A stretch of 64,000 nt of DNA, from positions 13,454,001-13,518,000 of the forward strand of contig JAQFVV010000009.1 in assembly GCA_028023455.1 (NCBI GenBank), written 5' to 3'. How positions within the stretch are numbered: the first letter of the stretch is position 1; each line of letters begins with the position of its first letter. A program made the translations under genes and the position numbers. The DNA comes from Epiperipatus broadwayi (lineage: Eukaryota > Animalia > Onychophora). Shown here in pieces: positions 30,914 to 39,461 of the stretch. A model generated the notes under the pieces. It did not search any database, was not told the origin of the DNA, and saw only the letters and a list, made by a program, of their open reading frames with translations.

Positions 30914-33032
30914 TATATTATTTTTTAATGTAGAGGTATTTTGCAATTGACTTACCATTAAGAATGTCACTTCAATTTCTCAAAAATCATTTACCATAAA
31001 CAAGAAAGCAATTTGTATTTAAACTTAAAAACTAAGAAATTAAATTTGCAAATTGCCAATACTATTAGGCTGGACAACCCTGAAATATTGTTTGTCATCT
31101 ATATTGAACACTTGTACAAAATTTGAAGAAAATCCTGATAGAATTAGATTAAAAATCATTTACAAATTTTTATTTTTATTAAAGCAATGGTTTAAAAAAT
31201 TCAAATTTTATGTAAATAACTTAAAGGCAAATTAAGATTTGATCTTCGTTTCTTTTTTCTTCCTATTTTAATTAACTGTGAACAGCCTAATTTTTTTTCC
31301 TTAAATGAAATGAAAATGTTTACTTAAAAAAAAAAGCAATATAGTGCTATCTATTATGCATGACTCAAAACTCACCAAAGCAATCTAAATATGGCTTGAA
31401 GTGCAGCCTACCAACACAGCTAGGCTAGACAACACCGAAGTATATTGTATTGCACTGTCATCAAAACCTAACTCATTTAGAAAATTCATTTAGTAAAAGT
31501 AGGCTAAAAATTGGTTTCAAGATTTGATCCAAATACACCAACATTTTTATGGTAAATAAAATGTTTTAAAAATTTCTCTTTAAAATTTATGATTCAAATT
31601 TCTCTTCAATATAAATAATAACAAACAAACAAAAATAATTATGACAAAAACAATTAAAATATTTTTTAAATCTATACAAAGTATTGAAAATGATATCACA
31701 ATAAGTTCCAGTAACTACAACTAAATACATATATATATATTTGCATAAATATTGTCCGTAATGTATACACACATGAAGTCATATTTTTCTTCATGGTATA
31801 AGAGTTTCACAATTTTCACTAAGTTTAACATTTAATAAAATTTTCAACATTCATGGATGCTTTTTCACCTTCTTATCTAAAAATTTTAGAGGTAAGACTT
31901 TTAATCTAGATTCAACATATCAATAAAAAAGATATTCATCATGAAATCTAGGGATTCATATAGATATCATTCAATCATATCATTACACTATAAAGATTAC
32001 CAGAAAACAGCATATTAAGGAGTTAGAAAGAATCCTGGAGAACTTTGGTGTTTAAGGTAAGTGTGGCTTTCCAATAGTGGAGCTTTAATTTTAAATTTAA
32101 TGTGTTCTCCAATGCTCTTCTATATTTATTAGTGCCCTCCATTACAGCATGGCAATTTTTATGTAGTTTTCTATCTATGGTTACTGATCTCCACAGATTC
32201 CAAGCAAAAATCCAAGAAGCATATTTTTTGTCAGCAAATAAAGTATGCTTTTCAATCATTATATTTTTTCTTTTAGGATTTCTTCATAATACACTCTCTT
32301 CCAAGCAATATAATTTAAAAAGCAAAACTAAACAGCTGTCTCTCTCTAATCTCCTTATTTATTAATTAAAATGATATGCCATAATTAACTAAACTATTCC
32401 TCCTCTTTTTATAATCAGCTTTGGTTTATTTCTACACTTATTTTTGATGAGTTGTTTACATATACCCCTTTTTCTTAATTCTTTAATTAAATAAAAATAT
32501 CAAATATCTATTCTAATTATTTATTATATAACTTTTAACATAATTTCAACTTTTCAACTTCAAATATTAAATTGTTTCTTTTTACTAATAAAATTATGTT
32601 TAGCTATTTCTTTCTTAATTTTGTGATAAATATTGCTTAACTATTCTCATTTAGCTATCAAGAACTGCAATTACTGAGAATTCCTCTTTTATTGGAATAT
32701 TTTTTTCTTTTTTATTGCTTAAATATTAATATTAAATGATAATATAATATTTTGACAATAATTTGATACCCTGCATCATAATTATTTCTACAGAAACAAC
32801 AGCTGTGTTTGAAATATGCAAAACAATCCCTTTTTAATCTTCATTTCTCTCCCCATACCTCTTTTTTTATGCTACTTGTTTTGAGTGGCCACTCCCTCAC
32901 ATTTATTGAGAGCTGTTTAAATATTTTCAGTTAAAAAAAGCTACTTTGTCTTTTCTTTCAAACATATACTATCATATATATAACATTTTTTGAAATTTTG
33001 AACTATACTGCTAATTTGTGCTTCTTATAGAC

Positions 33033-33069
33033 CAAGGCTATCCAACCTTAAGTAAACCAAGGGCTGCAC
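33033..33069 (+). mobile_element. Possible left end of a decayed hAT (Charlie-like) MITE into which the L1/Tx1 element inserted
   Basis: CAAGGCTATCCAACCTT...CCAAGGGCTGCAC resembles the CAGGGGTGTCCAA..GGGCC starts of hAT MITEs and is preceded by TTATAGAC (close to NTCTAGAN). No convincing right end found. Confidence 0.35.
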
Positions 33070-33129
33070 TAAAAAACTATTTGTCCTAAGGCCACTTCCA
33101 AATAAAGACAGAACACATATTAAACCTAT

Positions 33130-33149
33130 TGAAGAGTCCTATCAATAGC
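33130..33149 (+). repeat. Left target-site duplication (20 bp)
   Basis: TGAAGAGTCCTATCAATAGC, exact match to 39442-39461; the bases just outside differ on both sides. Confidence 0.95.
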
Positions 33150-33175
33150 CACTTCCGCTTTTGGCAGCCATCTTT
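33150..33175 (+). promoter_or_regulatory. Putative internal Pol II promoter of the retrotransposon (Inr/ETS-like and YY1-like motifs)
   Basis: The element starts CACTTCCG (Inr-like CCACTTC; ETS core CGGAAGT on the minus strand) and has GCCATCTT at 33167-33174, the core of the YY1 site known at the 5' end of human L1 (opposite orientation here). Motif match only. Confidence 0.4.
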
Positions 33176-33292
33176 GCAACTGGTCTTACAAAAAGCGTCC
33201 CTGAGCGATTCAATTTCAGGAAGATAGGGACGATTGTCCCCTTACCTTTACGTTTCTTATTCAAGGTAAGTCGGTTTTAATCATTATATATT

Positions 33293-35938
33293 ATGGAAAG
33301 TGATAATATAATCAATAATTCACAAATTAAGGTTAGCCCCGATCTCAGCATTCAATCTAGTAATGCAGTCATCGGTCGTAAATTTTATAGCCTTAGATCT
33401 AATCTAAATTCATCCAAAATAACTTCTACAACAAATAAAAACCCACAAACCAATATTTCAAAAGAAAACAGCATCACAAATATCAACATAAGTTTAAAAA
33501 ATATTCAACTTACCCCTAATATAAGTAATAGCATTAATATCTCATCAAGCGAAACGATTGAAATGCTTAAAAATACAAGCAAAAACCAATCATCACCTCT
33601 CCGAAGACTTTATGCACCCTCAGAAGACTCTAATGAGCAATTTCCTTTGCCCAATAATACCCTGGAAACCATATCTGAAAATAATAGACAAAATTACCGA
33701 CAAGATGATTTCGGCGAATTTTTTAAAGTTAAAACTTTTCCACCAGAGGTCGACAAAACCAGTGCTGTCACATTACAGTTTGTCAACAGTAAATTTAAAA
33801 ATCAAAAAGAAGAAATAAATTTTAAAACCGATAAATCACATTCCAGAACAAACAAAGATTATAGCGCAGAACAATTCATTGCTACTTCAGCCAACTTACA
33901 ATCTAATCCAAGTTCTTCAATACCAATATTGAAAAATTCCTCTACGTACGCAAATATCGTAAGGTCTAAAAATTCTGAGAGCATCTCCGAAAATATTAAG
34001 GCCGATAATTTCAATGAACTATATTTGAATATCTCAGAACTAGACATAGAACAAGAATCAAACACTTTGGAAAATGTCTCATTTAATATAAACGATCTTA
34101 ATGACGATATGTTCCTAAAAATAAATAATGAGTTCAACAAAACGATTCCCAATAGCCTATATAAATCGTTTGCTAACTACTACAGCGATAAGTCGTTAAT
34201 CTTAGCCATAACAAATCAACAATGTGCTCTATATAAGTTCCCTCTAGAACAGCTATACAATCTAATCAATCAAAAACAATTAGGCAGAGGCATTCATATG
34301 ATTCTTAATCATCCCAATGACCTCTATGTTATCGTTGAGTTTAAAACGTGGGCGGACCGTATGAACTTTAAAAATAAATACAGATCTTTAGGAAATTTTA
34401 TACTATGCTCCATAGATATGAACCGTCCTGTTACACTATCCGGCAGAATCCAAAACTGCCTTGCCCACTTGAAAGAACAAGAACTACAAGACATCCTTAT
34501 TAATTATGGTTCAGTTAGCAAATTTAAACACCTATTAAACCCTAACTGCGAAGATCAAATCCTGTCCAATACTGTTATCTTCACACTTACATTGAAGAAA
34601 AATATTATACCCACTGACATACCCACTATTATTACTGCAAGAGGCTCTCCTATGGTTTTGACTTTCAGGGGAGTACATCCACAATGTTTCTTCTGCCTTG
34701 AAAGAACACACCTCATTAAAGATTGTGCAGCAAGAATATGTACACACTGTGGTATTAAAAAGAATAAAGTTCACAGATGTCCTGGTAGACCTACTAACAC
34801 GGCTCTCACATCCTTAAATAGACCATCACCACATGGGCCTAATTCAATCAGCAACCTCACAAACCCAGACAACCTGATTCAAATAAATCCTCCAACAAAC
34901 CCTTTCACATCCAAACCTATCTTTCAAAATGAAAATATTCAAGAAAGAACAAACGACAACCTCTACACTAATAGTAGTGAATCAGAGATCCAAGCAATTA
35001 CTTATACCGCGCCTAAACCAATCACTCAAACCGATAAGACTAAAGATCATACATACGATACATATTATACTAATCCCCGAGAAACAATACTAGGCCAAAC
35101 TCTTGATACAAAAGAAGGCAATATGACCAAACCACCTGATGAGAGCAAGGAAAATATAGGAGATGAAGAAAATACACTCAAAAAATTTCAAAATAATCCA
35201 TCCATAACAACTCCCACCCAGTCTAAAACCATTGATACATCCTCATTTGGGTCAGTTAAGTCCAGTAAACCTAAACAAAGTGATCCACAAACTGTCCTCA
35301 ATTCTTCAACTCCTGCAATAATTAACCATCCAGATGAAAAGACTTGTCAAACACTCAACCCGAAAGTCAGCATAGTTAATGTTTCCCAACAGTTACAGCA
35401 AACCGAAAATGACTCAGGTCTAAAATTTAAAACAAATTCCTATAACAATAAAAAAACACTTTTATCAAAAGAACAGGAAAATGAAAAAAACACTGTTAAA
35501 CTTCAAAACCCTCAAAAAACCGACACAACAAATACCCAAAATACAAATAAGAAAATTAAAAGAAAATCAATTCGTTCAGATAAATCAAGCTCTGATGATG
35601 ATAGCGCCCATCTGATACATTACTCACCTCCACCCTCTAACAAACAAATTTCAGATATATCAAGCACAAAGCCTCGCAAATCCATAGAAAAAAAGAGGAA
35701 AACCATGGATCCTATAACCATTGATACCATTGATCCTTCTGACGAATCTCAGACAGATTACACTACTTCATCAGACACCGAAGACTTCATGGATGCGTTT
35801 CCGCAACCAACAACTATATCGCCAATCCATCCACAAATTCAATCACAAGACTCTGATTGCCAAACAACATCAGACCTCATTAACATGGAGATGTCTCACA
35901 TTGACTTGGCACACTTTGCTGAGGACGGTTTGGATTAA
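33293..35938 (+). CDS. Retrotransposon ORF1p, 881 aa: gag-like nucleic-acid chaperone with putative RRM region, zinc knuckle and long low-complexity N- and C-terminal arms
   Basis: Uninterrupted 881-codon ORF. CX2CX4HX4C knuckle CFFCLERTHLIKDC (34685-34726) followed by a degenerate second knuckle CTHCGIKKNKVHRC. Upstream 'ELQDILINYGSVSKF' resembles the RRM segment of Tx1/L1-type ORF1s. Confidence 0.88.
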   Translation: MESDNIINNSQIKVSPDLSIQSSNAVIGRKFYSLRSNLNSSKITSTTNKNPQTNISKENSITNINISLKNIQLTPNISNSINISSSETIEMLKNTSKNQSSPLRRLYAPSEDSNEQFPLPNNTLETISENNRQNYRQDDFGEFFKVKTFPPEVDKTSAVTLQFVNSKFKNQKEEINFKTDKSHSRTNKDYSAEQFIATSANLQSNPSSSIPILKNSSTYANIVRSKNSESISENIKADNFNELYLNISELDIEQESNTLENVSFNINDLNDDMFLKINNEFNKTIPNSLYKSFANYYSDKSLILAITNQQCALYKFPLEQLYNLINQKQLGRGIHMILNHPNDLYVIVEFKTWADRMNFKNKYRSLGNFILCSIDMNRPVTLSGRIQNCLAHLKEQELQDILINYGSVSKFKHLLNPNCEDQILSNTVIFTLTLKKNIIPTDIPTIITARGSPMVLTFRGVHPQCFFCLERTHLIKDCAARICTHCGIKKNKVHRCPGRPTNTALTSLNRPSPHGPNSISNLTNPDNLIQINPPTNPFTSKPIFQNENIQERTNDNLYTNSSESEIQAITYTAPKPITQTDKTKDHTYDTYYTNPRETILGQTLDTKEGNMTKPPDESKENIGDEENTLKKFQNNPSITTPTQSKTIDTSSFGSVKSSKPKQSDPQTVLNSSTPAIINHPDEKTCQTLNPKVSIVNVSQQLQQTENDSGLKFKTNSYNNKKTLLSKEQENEKNTVKLQNPQKTDTTNTQNTNKKIKRKSIRSDKSSSDDDSAHLIHYSPPPSNKQISDISSTKPRKSIEKKRKTMDPITIDTIDPSDESQTDYTTSSDTEDFMDAFPQPTTISPIHPQIQSQDSDCQTTSDLINMEMSHIDLAHFAEDGLD

Positions 35939-35944
35939 TCTATC

Positions 35945-38900
35945 ATGTTCTGCAAAATTGCTGGAATTAACATTCGCGGCATCAACTCAATTGATAGAGT
36001 TCTAGCTATTAAAAACTGGCTCTCGCTCTGCTCCTCTCATATACTTCTTATGGGTGAAACTAAATATCACCATAAGACCGATCATAAAATACTATCTCTT
36101 CTCTCAACTCTCGGATTTACTAGATTTTCCATAGGCCATTCTGCTTCAGGTGGAGTCGGTATTCTTCTCAGCAAGTCAACACCACCAAACAGTTTTAGCA
36201 TTCTATTCCTAGATGCCAATATTATTATCATAGAAATAGACTATTGGGGTTATCCGATCATCATAGCTTATACAGCCAAAGACACCTCTCAATATCTAAA
36301 AATAATCCACATCCTAAATGCCATCAATGCTAACAGAGCCTCCCCTACTATTCTTCTGGGAGACTTTAACACCACATAGAATGACTTCAACAAGAGATTT
36401 TTGCATCTAATAAATCGCAGATTAATGTGTGGAGAGGGCTTCTTCCCTCCCGAAGCCTACTCTTTCTATACTAAAACTAAAAAGTCCCTGATTGATTTGG
36501 TTTACTACACCCCAGACCTCCATTTCAACCTTGATGCAGCCTTGGCTCCTGTTGCTTTCTCTGATCATATGGCTCTAATCTTACAACTTACACCTATTTC
36601 AATCCCTGCACCTATTGATGGACCTGGTAAAACCATGCGCATGATCACCCAATCAAATATGACCAAAGTGATAGTATCTGAGGCATACATCCTTTTCCAG
36701 AAAATAAACATCCTTTCCCTTCCTGCTGAGGAGGGCTGGTTTTCCTTCATCGGAATACTACAATCCATATTAAATCACCACGCCAGGAAAATCAAAGGAC
36801 CTAATGGCCTTCTAAATGATCTAACAGACATTAATATACAACTTCAAGCTTTACAGCAAAATTTCACAAATACAGAAAAAATCATCTTCCTTAAAAATCT
36901 GTACAAAATCAAGCAAAAGTCCCTTGCAGAATATATATCCATCAGAAGAGCCAAATGTTTCTTAGCACAACAACACTGCTGGACGAGAGACTACCTTAGA
37001 TGGGCACTGGGGTACAATAGAAAACAAATCACTCCCTTATCCATTAATTCTAATGGAACCAATCTCGTTGGCTTTCCAATGATGCAGCACATCAGCAAAC
37101 AATTCTGCCAATTAATGCAAAAAGATGGTGCTCCTCCTATAAACAGCTGGTTGGATGCTGGTGACCCCGTCGAACATGGCATCACAGAAATCCAAATCAA
37201 AAAGAAGATAACATCTCTCCCGGACGGCGTTCATCCTGGCCTTCATGGCATCCCAAATTTCCTTCTCAAACACCTCAGTCAATTCACTGTGACAATTATT
37301 AAAAAAATGATTGATCACCTAGCCTCCGGCAACAGAAACATAACAGATCTTTACCCAGTGGCACTCGTGCCTTTTATTAAAAAAGCAAAACCACTAAACG
37401 ACATTAACAATATCCGGCCAATTTCCATGACTCCATTGCTTATCAAGATAATTGAATCAGTCATTAAGATCAAATCCAAACTCAAATCCTTAGCCATATC
37501 TCGTCAAACCAATACGGGAAAAAGGGATCATCAACCTCGCATGCTATGTCCAATGTAACTGCACTATTCAATTACATCAGAGGACATCGTAAATCAAAAC
37601 CTATTGCTGTCCAGCTGGATGTTGCGGCAGCATTTGATTCAGTCCAGATAAATGTCCTCCTGGATATTCTGTTGGAATGCGACATTCCAGCCGGGATTGT
37701 TCAAATGATCAGCAATCTGCTCAACAACAGAGAGATTTTTCTCTCTCTTGATGGCAAGATTACACCAGGCTTCAAGCCATACAAGTCGATCCCTCAAGGA
37801 TCTCCACTCAGTGCCCTTTTCTTCACAGCATACATCAACCCTCTTCTGATGGATATAGAAAAAAACCTCCCAGGAATTTTCCTTCCCTCTCTTCAATAAA
37901 AACTTCAATGTATTTGCATATATAGATGACATCATGGTTGTTCTTCCCACCATTAAATACCTTCCCCATCTCATGAACATCTTAAACAGAAATACAGCGA
38001 AACTTGGCCTACAAATAAACTTTAACAAATCTTCCATCTGGAAGATTATGTCTGGTAAACAAATTAACTCTCCCTTTTCTGCAAAACCCCAAAGATACCT
38101 AGGTTTCCCAATCTTCAAAACACCAACTGCAATGGCAAGAGATTCAAGATGCAATCCTCCATTCAACTGAAGCCATCACCACGTCACTCTCTAGAGTATA
38201 CCTTTCATTATATGGAAAGGTTGGCCTCCTCAACATGATCATAATGCCAAAAATCTCATATTATCTTCCATTCGTAAAAATGTCTAAACAGTTTCAAAAT
38301 AAAATCAACCGATTATGTACCAAACTTCTCTGGAGAGGAAGGACAGTTGCTATTAGCTTGCGAGGCATCCAACGACCACGCAGGTTCAATGGACTGTCAT
38401 TCCACTCAATACAAGCAATCATTTTACAGAAAACCCACAACACTCTACATAATCTGATCATCTCATGTGGATACTCCAACATTATTAAAAAAAATTACAC
38501 CAACAGATCGTCCTCCGCCCTCTGCCAGTTCATGGATAGCCTCCCTAATAGACCACTTACAACTTTATAACCCAATAATGCCCTCTAACCTTAACAAAAA
38601 AATCACCTTATGGGAAGCATACAATATAATCAACTATAATCAACAACCCATTAAAACCAGCCTAAAAATAACCAACCAAAGACTCATTTCACACTTCAAA
38701 AGATGGAGTCTGGAACCCAAATTCCTTGACTTCATCATTAAAATAAATCTTAATGCGCTTCCCACGATTTGGTTCCTTTATCACCGAAGAGGTTTTAACA
38801 GCACTGATCCTATATGTGGTCTGTGTGCTCGTGAAGATGAAACCATAGACCATATTATACACTGGTGCCCAAGACTTAAAACACTGAAAGAGATAATTAT

Positions 38901-39165
38901 AATTAATTCCAACATAAGACCTGATATGATTTTCTCACTTGAAAATGCCATTCATAATGGATTTTTTTCAATAATAAGGCTTTCTACCTTTGTCCTTTAT
39001 TCCATATGGATAGTGAGATGCAAAACTCTCATGGAATTACCCCCGCCACAAATCATACCATTGTTTTATCAAACGCTCAAAAAAATCAAAAAACGTGACC
39101 AGCTCCTGGCCTCCAGTAAAGTCTTTGATGACACCTGGTCTTTAACTGCTCTTTCCTTTTCCTGA
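35945..39165 (+). pseudogene. Disrupted ORF2 (APE endonuclease - reverse transcriptase - CCHC finger), about 1070 codons when stitched
   Basis: EN motifs INIRGIN, LMGETK, GGVGILL, LLGDFN, SLIDLV, FSDH. RT motifs IRPISM, NQYG..KGSST, QLDVAAAFDSV, IPQGSPLSALFF, AYIDD (37919-37930), INFNKS, RYLGFPI. C-terminal CGLCAREDETIDHIIHWC. Lesions: in-frame TAG at 36377-36379 and frameshifts near 37500, 37890, 38120 and 38460-38530. Confidence 0.92.
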
Positions 39166-39420
39166 TTATCAACTCCCACCTACCAAGCATTATAGAATAG
39201 GAAATTCTAAAAGAAAATATGCATGTTTATATTAAAAATGCTTATTCCATTAAACAAGTTCTTAGAATCTCATCACTATACCTAACCACATAAGAGTATA
39301 ACAATTGTACTCTCATAACAAAATCTTGCCAGATGACAAATAGAACATTATACAATCATATTATTGTACAATTTATTCATTTATCTATCCTTTATTAGTA
39401 TGTAATCACTATTTATTGTT

Positions 39421-39426
39421 AATAAA
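39421..39426 (+). terminator. Polyadenylation signal of the retrotransposon
   Basis: AATAAA ending 15 nt before the 3' TSD. Confidence 0.55.
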
Positions 39427-39441
39427 AAATTTTTGTTGAAA

Positions 39442-39461
39442 TGAAGAGTCCTATCAATAGC
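39442..39461 (+). repeat. Right target-site duplication (20 bp)
   Basis: TGAAGAGTCCTATCAATAGC, exact match to 33130-33149. Confidence 0.95.

Larger units (their letters stand above)
33150..39441 (+). mobile_element. Full-length L1/Tx1-clade non-LTR retrotransposon (143-nt 5'UTR, ORF1, ORF2, 276-nt 3'UTR)
   Basis: Flanked by the identical 20-mer TGAAGAGTCCTATCAATAGC (33130-33149, 39442-39461). Two-ORF layout: CCHC-knuckle ORF1, then APE endonuclease + RT + C-terminal CCHC ORF2. AATAAA near the 3' end; A/C-rich sense strand typical of the L1 clade. Tx1 versus L1 proper cannot be settled without a tree. Confidence 0.95.

Noticed and set aside
31068-31440. Two related short motifs (GGCTGGACAACCCTG, GGCTAGACAACACCG) resembling hAT right ends
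   Set aside because: No matching left ends or TSDs found.
31900-32900. Possible pogo/DDE_1 transposase remnant including ORFs 32023-32259 and 32102-32365
   Set aside because: Only vague motif similarity and no TIRs found.
33558-38482. Overlapping alternative-frame and antisense ORFs inside the retrotransposon (for example 37639-38166 minus, 175 aa)
   Set aside because: Shadow ORFs explained by the codon and strand bias of ORF1/ORF2; no motifs.
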